Below are positions 36,086-46,544 of a DNA stretch of 64,000 nucleotides, piece after piece. A model generated the notes under the pieces. That model had not been told where the DNA came from and ran no database searches. It saw only the letters and a list, made by a program, of their open reading frames with translations. Position numbers and translations under genes: made by a program. The stretch is from Caecitellus pseudoparvulus (Eukaryota; Protista; Bigyra: Bicosoecida): assembly GCA_965644315.1 (NCBI GenBank), contig CBFFRQ010000068.1, forward strand, positions 248,001 to 312,000, written 5' to 3'. Positions within the stretch are counted from its first letter, which is position 1; each line of letters starts with the position of its first letter.

Positions 36086-38930
36086 GGCACACGTGCCCCG
36101 GAACAGAACTTGCGAGCGGCGGCCTGGCGTGGGGGGGGTAGGGGGCTAGAGATTTTCCGCAACTGAGTACACGGAGCACCGCATCCCTCGCTGTCCCAGG
36201 GCGTGTCAGGCGAATTGGCCACGCAGGTCAACTGTCCGCAGCTGGTCGCTGCGACGCACCTGCCACGTTTCCCGCCCACTTCCACGAGGAGGCAGGTCAG
36301 TCACGGATGTGGAACAAAACATCCACCCCAAGGAGTGTTATACGCGGCGCACTGAGTTATTCCATGTCCCTGTCTGGGCGCGGAGAGCGCGGAGCCGGGC
36401 GAGCAACGCCAAGCGGCTGTTTCTTGCCAGCATCGAGACAAGTCATCAAGCATGCCGACGCGCACAGTGCCTGCCACGGCCGTCCCGGCCACCGTCATCA
36501 TCCCATCCCAAAAGACCCCCTCAAGGCGGACTGTCTGCTCCTGCTGCCTGAGCCCGCTGCCCATGCTGCTGCTGTCTACCATTTTTGCCGTCGCCAAGAC
36601 AGTCGCCATCGTCCTCTCAGTGCAGCTTATTGAGCCTTCAGGAACCCCCGACCGCGGCAGTGGCGGGGCTGTTCGCCAAGGCATTGGCATGTTAGGGCTT
36701 GTGACGTCCCTGCTTCTGGGCACCGCCGCGTTGACGGTGGAAGTGGAGGACGTCGGCAGCGGAAATCGACGCGGGCAAGCCGCTCAGACAGAAAGCTTGT
36801 GGCACACTGGCTGCTCCTGCCTGGCCCCCCGGGGCTCCGTATTTTCTTGGCTAGCCCGGGAATCAGGGGTCCGCCCTGCTCCTGTGCACATCCTGCAGCT
36901 GATCGTGGTGTTCTGGGTCATCATTTGCCTCCAGCTCTTCGCGTCAGCGATCATCTGGATGAACCCTGGCTTCGACCCACAGGGCAGGGCCCAGACTGCG
37001 GTCGACCTGGCCATTTATGGCTTCGCCCCCAATGAGCTCATGGTCCCCGGGGCCCTGATCCTGCTGTACAACGCCGACTTTGTCCAGCTGCGCCTGGATG
37101 CGGCGGAGGGATTGCCGCCCCGCTCCTCCTTCCTGGAGCGCGTGTGGCAGTTCATCACGTGCGCCTCGTCCCCGCCCCTGTGCGGGCGCACGTGGACATG
37201 GGCCGTCCTCATGCACTGGTGGCTACCCGTTAGCACCATCTTCATCTCCCGCATCCTGCGCTTTGTCGGCGGAGCTCTGCTGGCAGAGGGCAGCGAACAG
37301 GAGCACACCGTGGGCCGCGTGCGGGCCTGGCTGGGGTTCTTTTCCTCTGCCATGACCGGCATCCTCCTCTTCGGACTCCGCTCCTCGATCATGACAAAGC
37401 TCTTCAACGGCACGTCCCTAGCCATCTTTGGCGCAGGCGCGCTGGCCATGCAGGCCGCGGGGGCCAGCATGCCCTCTGTCGAGTCAGGGACGACCATCAA
37501 CTTCGTGGGGTCCTTGACCCTGGGCGGCATCGTCCCCGCCGCTGTCTGGGTGCTAGTCCTGCGCACCGAGTCCCAGCGTGTCGGTCTCCTGTCCAAGTTC
37601 CTGCGGTACCTGTCCCATGAAGTGCGCGTGCCTGCCAACGTGGGCTTGCTGGCGCTGGAAGACGTGAAGGCCACCCTGTACAGCATGGTTGCCGACCGAG
37701 GGTACAGCCTGGTGGACGAGGCACCTGCAGTGTCGGACAGCAAGTCGCCCCCGCCCACCCCATTCAGCGGCCCTGACGGGGATGGGGCGGAGCTGTTCGA
37801 CAGCGAACTGACCACAGAGGAGCTGATGCGGCATGCTGTGTCTGGCACGGGGGATGCCCAGGCTGCCCTGCAGCAGATGAAGGCGCTCCTGGACCGCACC
37901 CTGGACCTCGCCCGATTCGACGCCGGCGTGCAGCAGGTGGACATGCAGCCCCTGAACCTGGCCTCCACCCTGGCCAGCATCCACAGAGCCGTCATGCCGG
38001 CGTACCGAGCTGCAGGCGTGACGCTGCACTGGGCTGTGGAGGGCGGACTGGAGGACGTGGAGGGGGGCGTGCACGTGCTGGGGGACGTGCTGCGCATTCG
38101 GCAGGCCATCATGAACGTGCTGCACAACGGGTCGAAGTACAGTGCGCGTGGGGACTCGGTGTATTTCTCGGCGAGCGTGGCGTGGAGCGACAGCAAGCGC
38201 ACGTCACCCCGACTTGTCGTGCCAAACCCGGGACCGACGCCGGGGGGCCGGGCTGGGAACAGCAAGACACCTCCAGCTGCGGCAGGCGAGGAGCGGCCAG
38301 AGGACTGGGCCGCTTTTGGCAGCACAACCTCCTCTGGTGGAGGCGGCGCGAACTCCCGGTGCCACCTCCTCGTCCGCGTGCGGGACACGGGGCGTGGCAT
38401 GACGGACGCCGAGCAAGCCAGCATCTTCACACCCTTCGCCCGGCTGCACACGGCGCAGGAGGGCACGGGGCTGGGCCTGAACATCGCGAAGAAGGCGATG
38501 GTGGCGCACGGGGGGGATGTGCAGGTGTGGAGCGCAGGCCTGGGTCAGGGAAGCACCTTCACCATCACCGCCGTCCTGGCCCTGCCGCCCGATGGGGCCC
38601 CAGTGGCAGAGGCGCCCGCGAGCGACGCAGAGGAGGTGCGCACACCTTCCCCCGGCAGCTGCCACATCCTGGTGGTGGATGATGACCCGCCCACTCGGCG
38701 CATTACCGGGCGACTGCTGAAGCGTGCTATGCCTGGGTGCAGTATTGCCTTCGCTGCGCATGGCGCTGAGGCTGTGGAACAGGTGCAGGAGGGGCTGGCC
38801 GGGCGTGGCCCGGCGGTGACGCACGTTAGCCTGGACAACGAGATGCCCATCATGACTGGCCGCCAGGCTGCGCGGGCCATGCGGGAACTGGGCTTCACAG
38901 GCCGCATTGTGGGGGTCACTGGCAACGCTG
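33649..38930. repeat. Inverted near-identical blocks shared by HK1 and HK2
   Basis: 34870-34993 vs 37556-37679; 34381-34730 vs 37861-38210; 34049-34242 vs 38346-38539; 33649-33727 vs 38852-38930. All are reverse complements with only a few mismatches each by manual alignment. Confidence 0.95.
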
Positions 38931-39103
38931 TTGGCTCAGACAAGCAGTCGTTCTTGGAGGCTGGTGCCGACGATGTCGTGTTCAAGCCCACCACGGCCTC
39001 CACTCTCTTGGCAGCGCTGCACCTGTCTGAAATCAGCTCGTTGCAAACACCCACGGCAGTGAAGGCTGTGCCGAAACAGCCCCCTGGCGCCGCAAGTGAC
39101 TAA
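36452..39103 (+). CDS. Hybrid sensor histidine kinase 2 (paralogue of HK1, divergently transcribed)
   Basis: Same H, N and G boxes as HK1. Receiver motifs ILVVDDD, LDNEMP and KP. Multi-TM N-terminus. Confidence 0.92.
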   Translation: MPTRTVPATAVPATVIIPSQKTPSRRTVCSCCLSPLPMLLLSTIFAVAKTVAIVLSVQLIEPSGTPDRGSGGAVRQGIGMLGLVTSLLLGTAALTVEVEDVGSGNRRGQAAQTESLWHTGCSCLAPRGSVFSWLARESGVRPAPVHILQLIVVFWVIICLQLFASAIIWMNPGFDPQGRAQTAVDLAIYGFAPNELMVPGALILLYNADFVQLRLDAAEGLPPRSSFLERVWQFITCASSPPLCGRTWTWAVLMHWWLPVSTIFISRILRFVGGALLAEGSEQEHTVGRVRAWLGFFSSAMTGILLFGLRSSIMTKLFNGTSLAIFGAGALAMQAAGASMPSVESGTTINFVGSLTLGGIVPAAVWVLVLRTESQRVGLLSKFLRYLSHEVRVPANVGLLALEDVKATLYSMVADRGYSLVDEAPAVSDSKSPPPTPFSGPDGDGAELFDSELTTEELMRHAVSGTGDAQAALQQMKALLDRTLDLARFDAGVQQVDMQPLNLASTLASIHRAVMPAYRAAGVTLHWAVEGGLEDVEGGVHVLGDVLRIRQAIMNVLHNGSKYSARGDSVYFSASVAWSDSKRTSPRLVVPNPGPTPGGRAGNSKTPPAAAGEERPEDWAAFGSTTSSGGGGANSRCHLLVRVRDTGRGMTDAEQASIFTPFARLHTAQEGTGLGLNIAKKAMVAHGGDVQVWSAGLGQGSTFTITAVLALPPDGAPVAEAPASDAEEVRTPSPGSCHILVVDDDPPTRRITGRLLKRAMPGCSIAFAAHGAEAVEQVQEGLAGRGPAVTHVSLDNEMPIMTGRQAARAMRELGFTGRIVGVTGNAVGSDKQSFLEAGADDVVFKPTTASTLLAALHLSEISSLQTPTAVKAVPKQPPGAASD

Positions 39104-39887
39104 TCTGTTGTCTGTGCTGCGGCAGGGACCATGGGCGCCATGTTTGGGTCTGCTTTGGCAGTGGAATAAGCTGCGGGGGACGCTGGCGGAAGGGGCAAAT
39201 TCAATGGCAGCACCCCTAGGGGTCGGTTGGGCTTGGCAAAGTAGGCGCCATATGGGCAGTCGGGTGGCGGCTGGCGGGTGGCCCGTTTGGAGCTGCCAGT
39301 TTGAGCGTGGTTGGTCAGTTGGTCGGCAGGTCCCGCCGAACGCTGCCGTTTTTGCCCTCGATTCTTTCTCTGACCAAATGCATGGTACAAATCTGTTCGT
39401 CCTCTGCGCTGGCTGGCGTGGGCGCGTTGGTTGAGCGGTCTCTGGGTCGTGGAGTGTGTTGGTGCTTCATGGGGTGCTGTTGCGCCACACCCCCGCTCAG
39501 CAATCCACTCTGAGTGGATCTCTGAGGCTCTCTTGATTGCCCTTTGCTCAGCTACTCTGGCAAGGTCCAGGGAAGGGGCACAGATGACAAAGTGCAAGGT
39601 TTCTGGAGACTGTGGAACGCCCCCCACGTGCACTCGCACACCAGCCAAGCCAGAAGCCATGTTCTGCAGGTGAGCCCCGCGCCGACCAATCATGCGCCCT
39701 CGCAGATGGAACTCAATGTCAGCCACGAAAGGCAGACCGACTCGCACGAATACCTGTGCCTCTTGAGGCTGGCTGGGAGCTACGCTTGCAGCAGGGCCAG
39801 CCGTTGTGACATCGCCTGCCTCAGTCTTCAGCTCAGCACCCACCACAGGAGCCCTGTCCACGCAATGACTCTTGGAATTAAGTTGCA
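39100..39887 (-). CDS. Putative KH-domain RNA-binding protein
   Basis: FHLRGRMIGRRGAHLQNMASGLAGVRVHV...LHFVICAP resembles a type I KH domain with a GxxG loop. The start is uncertain (ORF open to 40065). Confidence 0.55.
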
Positions 39888-40315
39888 TATTGGTTTTGTT
39901 TAACGCGCGCAACGTTTCACTGTAAACTGCTTCCGGGATCTTCAGCTTTGTGTGATGATAGCCAAGGCGGGCGGCGGAAATTGCTCGTGACACAACTGTC
40001 ACAAGTGGCAGAATCCGGGTGTGCAGAGGGAGAGATGCGTACTTCCTTCTGCAATTTAAACACATCTGTGTCTACTAAGTATATGGGTGGGCATGTGTGC
40101 TTGAGGGATGTCAAGAAAGTGTGTGACCTTCCCTGGCGTTGCTGCGTACCCTCCGCTTCTTCTGCGCAGTGTGAGGTTGGGCGCCGTTGCCCAAATTTCG
40201 AATTTGCGCACTTGTCCTGGGCAATGGGCTATTGCACTTTGCTACACTCAATGTACAGGGCTTAGACTGTGGATACGCACTGCGAAGCGGCGCCGCATGC
40301 AGTGCTGCTCGAGTC

Positions 40316-41898
40316 ATGGCAGCAACGCAGCGGCCGCGCGCAGCGGGACCACCTCAGCGTTCCTCAATGGCAACGCTGCTCGTCAAGAAAACGACCTTGG
40401 TGGTGTTTGCAACAGTTCATTTGACAGGGGATTGTGTCGAGGATGGGGACGAGCTGCTCGCCGCGAGTCTGAATGCTCAGTTTGGCGTGTTGGCCTGCGG
40501 CGCACGTGCTGCGTTCATGAGTGTTCACGTAGCTGTGCTGCTTGGGCAGGAGACGGAGCAAGGCACCATCAAACAGCTGGAGGAAACAGTTGGTGACGCA
40601 GTTCGCCACATTCCTGGACACCCATCTTTCGCCTTGGTGCCGGGGCTGGGGCAGTCTCCGCGGGGGGGTGCGCTGTGGCACTGGTTTCGGCCCATCTACG
40701 CAGCGCCTGGCGTCCAAGGTGCCACCGAGCGACCATACACTGTCGAAGTGCGTGGCATCCCCGAAGAGGTGCTCTGCTGCATGGTACAGGCTAAGTTGCA
40801 GCTGCGCACTGCCTCAGCGCTTTCTTGCAACTTGTGGGCTGCTGTGCGGGGCGACCTGTGGGCAATCCGGGGGCGGGCTGGCGCTTGCGATGGCTTCGCT
40901 GTGCAAGTCATGGAGCTCCAAAGTCACGAAGGGCACCTTGAGTTGCAAGTCTGCCTTCGGACGTCAGTGGTTCGCGTGGTGCCTGTGGACACACAGGCCC
41001 TTTGTCCTGGTGCCACTGTGAAACATGGCCACGCTCTGGCAAGAGACGTGTCCAAGTTGCCAGACAGCGAAACAGTCGTGAGCATGCTCCCACAAGTGCG
41101 TGCGCAGGCGCACACCCCAGAAGCACCTAATAGGCCCACTCCTCATGCCCCACTCCCCTTTCATCACAGATGCAAGCTGTGCGTGTGTTGCGCGTGGTCA
41201 CGAGCGGCTTTCCCGTGCACAGCAAGCGAACTCAAGCTCAACTCAAGCACTGCACCGGCCAAGCCATTCCGCGCAGCCAGGCTGCACAGCTGGCTCTTGA
41301 TGAAGTACAGATGTGTCGTGGGCTTCAAGAGGCCACAGCGCTCCCCCCAACGGTGCAGGTTGAATTCAGCGGGCAGCCGGGCGGGGTGGGACTGGTCAGC
41401 GCTTCGAGACTTGTCCACGCCGTGGCGCCCCTTCGCACGGCAACGCGCTTGCGGGGGGGGGCCTTGCTGGGCGATTTGGAGCGGGTGCTTGAGAGCACTC
41501 TGGCCGAGCTACACGTCTGCCTGGGCCCTTCCTGCAGCCTGCAGGAAGTTGGCGCAAATAGAGCGGCAGGTCTGCCCCTTTCCCTACTTCCCAGCTCCCA
41601 GTACAGCCAGGACAGCCTCGATCTGGAATCTGACTCAGAGATTGCCCCACCTGCTGGGTCGGCACAGGCCTCTTTGACCTTTAGACGTGCTTCATCTGTG
41701 CTCACCATGCACAGCAGTAAGCAGAGCAATCTGCGAAAGCCGCGGCTGGAATGCTCCTCCACGGAGCGTCTCGTTGTCGCCGGGGCAACTGGGAAACGGA
41801 CCGCCTCCAAGCAGCTCAAGTTGACACGAGTGGAAAGGAAAACACACACTTGCTCCAACGGGTCTCGTCCGCCCATCGCGAAGCGAAAGCGTCGTTGA
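40316..41898 (+). CDS. Hypothetical protein, 2 exons (weak resemblance to DUF4708/C18orf63)
   Basis: Intron 41096-41169 (74 nt, GT-AG) joins ORF 40187 in phase to ORF 41170-41898. Basic C-terminus KRKRR. The family resemblance is weak. Confidence 0.5.
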
Positions 41899-41909
41899 CA
41901 CTCCACTGC

Positions 41910-43929
41910 TCACTCCAGTTTCTGCCTCCTACCAGCGCTGCGGCTTCGGCTTGTGCTTGCTTTGGGGCTTGAAGCTGACTGCTTTGCTACTAGGCATCGC
42001 CACCCCTGATCAGGCACAAGGAGAGGGTGCAGCCTCCACTTCCTGGAGTACTGCGCTTCTTGCCCCGCGCAAGCAGCAATGCATGCGTGGCAGGCCCGTG
42101 CGGCAGTCACGCAGGTGCGCAGAGAGTCCCGCACAGACGCCTTGGTCGCGAATGAGAGCAGTCCAAGATGTAAATGTGGTCGCAGTAGGGCAGCAGCTGC
42201 ATAGGACTCAAGCTTCAAGGCACCGTCGTCACCATCTGGCAGCAAGATGTTGATCGAGTCTGCCGCAATGCAGCCCGACTCTGTCCGCAGGACCAGCACC
42301 CATGCTTGTCCAGAGCGCAAGCAAGTGATTGCAGCCTCTGCGGCCTTTTGATCACTCTGTGAAGCCGGAATGGCTGTGCGACAACACTGCATGCCAAACC
42401 AGTGCGGGTTACCCTGGGGTCGCAATGCTGCAAGGGATGCCCCGAGGTTCAACTTCGCGTGGGACAACGGCGTTTGCAGCTGGAGAAGTGACAGCACTTT
42501 GCGGAAGTACCAAACTACGCATGACCAGTTTTGAGCCGGGAAAAGCGACTCCGTCGTGGCGATCTGAATCGGCGACGGTACCAGCGCAGCAAGACCAGCT
42601 GGCGTGTTGTGCTGGCTGGCCGGTGCGTACACTGGAGGGCTGTTCCTCTTTGCCCAACAGCAGAGCAGACCCAGCACTCCACTGAGAGCCCATGCCGCCA
42701 ATGAGTTCAGAAATGCAATCCATTCGGCAGTCCAGCTTGCAATGTGGTCGACCCAGCCAGCCTCCGAGTCGGCCCCCTTTAAGCGAACGTGAAGCCCATG
42801 AGAGTATTCTTGCAGGGCGCCCACAACCCTGCGCTGCTGCGAAGAGGAGTTACCAGCTGCCGTGACTTGAGTTGCATGGTGAACAATGAACACATGGGCC
42901 CCGTCAGACAGGCGGTGGCTCTCCATCTGCACGTGCATGGGCGCGGCTTCCACCTCGCGCTGATGCCCCAATGACACGGCAGCGACCATGTGAGCCAGGA
43001 CGGCATCGAATCTGTTCGCATTCAGTGTCGTGAGTGCAAGAGACGACACGCCGACGTAATTCGCTGCAACGTGGGCCAGCGTCAGCGTCACGAAGGCAGT
43101 CGTGGCCGTCGAAGGGTCTGCCAGAAGGAGAGGAGCGATGTGCCAGCCCACCAGCAGTGCCACGAAGCGAACGGCTGTTTCCTGTGTGCTCTCCTTGGCT
43201 GCCACATCACTGAGATTGGTGCCCCCCGAGGGCCCGGCAAAGTGCTGGGAAATGACGCCGCGGGTGCACCCTGCCGCGACGCCGCAGAGCGCCTTGCACA
43301 AGGAGGACACGCAGAGGATGGGCAGGAACCAGTCCTTCCCCAGCGCAGGCGCGAGGAATTCGAGGGACAGAGCGATATCGTTGATGATGTCTGCGAAAAG
43401 GCGCCAGGTCTTGACATCCAGATCGAACCTCGAGCTGCCCCATGTTGAGAAGGCCAGGCTGCCGAGCATGCCGGCGCCGTCCCGCACGATCCAATTCAGA
43501 GTGGCTGCCAAAGCGGTTGCCGAGGCATTGCCCACACCTATACCCTCCATGAGACTATGTGTAGTCAGCATGTCTCTCAGGTAGCTGCATACTGCGTTGG
43601 GGGCTCGCAGCTAGTGCGGCACAGTGCAGTGTGAGTGGCGGATGCCAGCACTCACTTGCCTGCGCGCTGTCGCAGAGCTGGAAGCGAGTATACTCAGGCG
43701 AGACAGACGAAGGAAATCCTGCCGGAAGGAAGGTGATGCAGATCACTCCAAACATCGCCTCCCATGCCTCAGCGATCAGTGACAGTCCCAGGTGTCTGCC
43801 AGCGTTTCGAGCTGAAACTCCGTCTGTCTGGCTCTCGACCATGCCGCTCCCAAGCGAGACAGCATGAATATTCCGCTCCATCCTACACAACCATGAATAT
43901 GATGAAGAAATGCAAGGTCGGAGCGCCAT
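41910..43929 (-). CDS. RUS1 / DUF647 (root UVB sensitive) family protein, 2 or more exons
   Basis: FLPAGFPSSVSPEY..FQLCD..QA(I)CSYL, ATLNWIVRDGAGMLG, FDLDVKTWRLFADIIND, NLSDVAAKESTQE, HVAANY.GV..L.LTTLN..R. Confidence 0.88.
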
Positions 43930-44128
43930 GCTTTGCAGCGGATTAGTTCGCTTTGGTTTTACTTTGCGACAGTGGTCTGCGTCAAGCCAGAGCTCACGCG
44001 TTTGGTGCTGTCTAGGACTGGCGCTGGCCTGGCCACCCAGGAATCGCTGCGATCAACAAGAAGCTCAAGCCCAGACCAAGAGGGACCAGTGCGGGCCTTA
44101 TGCATCGAACCTTTCATTTCCTTTGCCG

Positions 44129-46142
44129 TCATACCTGGGCAGCTCTGCCAGCTCCTGGCACAAGGCCTCGCAGATGAGCAGGGGCAGCAGCGACTGCAGC
44201 TCGTTGCTGAAGTGGCCACTCGGCCGCGACGATGTGCTCATCAAATGGAATCCTAACCCTGCCTCGCAAGCAGCAGAGGCACAACTGGCATGCAGGTAGG
44301 TGACCCTCGGGGGTAAAGGGTGTCTTGGATGCGCGAAGACGCTTGCACCGCGAGCGTGAGGCAAGCAGCACAAACGCAGCTGTGAGAAGCAGCCAGCCTG
44401 TAAACACCACGTACCAATTCGACTGTCCAGAGAACCCAGCCTCTGACGCATCCCAGCCAGCATCTATGGCAGTGCAAGCCTGCACAGCAGGCAACGCCCA
44501 CACTCCAAGTCCGGCGAAGATCAGCGCGAAGGCAATTGGGACACACACCACCGCTTTGTGCCATCCCCGATGCTCGTAGAACTGATTATTTTCGGCGATC
44601 ACCATGCTAGTGAGAACCCCGGCATGAACCGCCCCGCAGAGGCAAATGAGACCCCACAAAATGAAGAACGGGATGGGCACCAAGCACGCACTGCCCTCCA
44701 TGGCGCCATCAGCCCACAGCCCCGCCAACAACCAAAATGTGAACTGCAAGCAATTCAAAGAGAATGCCACACAGCGACCAAACCACCATTCCATTGGTGG
44801 CCAAATAAGTAAATCGTGGGAAATCGCTTCAGGAATGAAATGGCCAGTTGCATGCATGCCGAGCGATGCCAGCATCCACGGCAGCAACGCCACGCTCCAC
44901 GACATCTCCCCCCCCACCACCCCGCTCGTCTTCAACGTCACCAGCACAATGCCCAGCATCGACAACAACGGCACCACATTCAACACCCCGCATGCCGCCC
45001 ACTGGTTCCCATGCAAGCCGCAGTACACTCGACCTCGCTTTGCGGACATGGCCGACGCCATCGCCGACCCAGGCAGACTGTCACGCACAGACTGCCGCAG
45101 CCACCGGCACCACCTCCGCTCACGGCAGCAACAACACGCACTGGCCACCAGGTCAGACCCAGGGTCGCTCAACAGCACCGTGCACGACAGGCACAGGCCC
45201 AGCCACACACTCCCCACCATCCCCAACGCGAAGCCACCCACCACCCACCACCCATCTGCGCCCATCCCCAGGTCCCCCTCCAGCTGCGCAGCCGTCAGCA
45301 TCAGCAAGATGAACAGTCCAGTCACCATGCACACAGCTGGCACGTAGTGTACAAACGCCTCCAGAGGGCCCGACACACACGCCGCACACCGCAGCTCCCC
45401 CGGCACTTCCCTCCGTCGTTCCTTCTCCGCCTCTCTCGCTTGGCGCTGGGCGGCACGCTGCTGCACCTCCTCGACGTACAGTGCGCGGAAGTCCCGGGCT
45501 GCTGCGGCGGGTGCGTGACCGAGGCGTTCCGCCAGCTCAGCAGAGGCGTCACGGTGCAGCTGCAGCTGCTCGTGAACACTCGGGGAAGAGGGCGGGGTTT
45601 CTGCTCGGCCCACAATGTCTGGTTCGATGCCCTCCTGTTCGAGTGACTCTGCTCGTCGTGCTGCTGCTGCACCCGTTGCTGCATCCTCGCGCATCGCATC
45701 AGGAAGCCCGCACCCCAACGGGTCCTCCGCAGCTGACCGCATGGGCCCCGCTGAGGGCCGCGCGGAGGGGAACGCCTGACCACGGAAGTCACGACGCCAC
45801 TGCACTTCCCAGTACACTTTGTCGTCCGTGAGCGACGGCAGGGCGCGGCATGTGCTGGACAGCGCTACCTGCGAGAAATGCAGCACAATGTTGAGGGTGG
45901 GGTGGCGAGGAGTCAACGCTCGATAATCCACTCACAGCGTCAACTGGCCTCATGCAATCTCTTAAATCCCCCAGCAGCTCTGCGATCCGCAGGGCGGCGT
46001 CCCTTCATGCCATCGAGCACGCGACAAGGCAAGCACTACATGCGGAAATAGTCTCACTCTTTGGCAAGTACAACAATGCACACTCGCCCTCCACCTCTTC
46101 GACCACCGAACCACCCAGCTCGATGTCAACCATGTCGGCCAT
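44129..46142 (-). CDS. F-box plus polytopic membrane protein (TMEM185/TMEM60-like repeats), copy A, 3 exons
   Basis: Introns 46057-45980 and 45935-45869 give the F-box ALLYLPKKLLGDLRDCMRPVDAVALSSTCRALPSLTDDKVYW. About 8 TMs follow, with repeated L.G....W..V..P.F/W motifs. Confidence 0.7.
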
Positions 46143-46544
46143 GATGGTGACCCCTTGTGAACGAGAGTGTGCACTGTGCTTCACTGGGAGCCCGGGCTGG
46201 GGCAAGCAGATGAGCGGTTGCCGGTTCTGCGGCTGTTGCACCGGCAAGGAGTACAGGACTCGACAGAGAGAACGGGAGGCCAAATCGGAACTGTGGTGGC
46301 AACCAATGGCGCACTATATTGTATGCCTCTGTTTGATTTGGTTGTGACGTTTTCTTGTCCCAAGCTGGGGCGCCGTTTTGGGGGGGGGGCTGCTTTGTGC
46401 TCTGGCGCGACCCGCGAAAAGCGAGCCAGGACTGCTCCAAGCTGGCACCGCACGGCCGCCCCCAAAGCACGAACTCGCCACGCAACGCTTTGCAGCCAAA
46501 CTCGGTGCATTGCATCACATCAAGATAAACAATATACACGCTCA

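Noticed and set aside
35000-37550. HK sensor domains as rhodopsin or ethylene-receptor domains
   Set aside because: I found no retinal-binding Lys motif in a last TM helix and no ETR1-type D..IA.AY / CG.TH motif.
33534-38484. Antisense ORFs of 424 and 489 aa resembling each other
   Set aside because: The similarity simply mirrors the shared HK blocks on the opposite strand.
46380-46389. Poly-G run upstream of F-box copy A (and poly-C near 52298)
   Set aside because: These are isolated homopolymers, insufficient to call a G-quadruplex or regulatory element.
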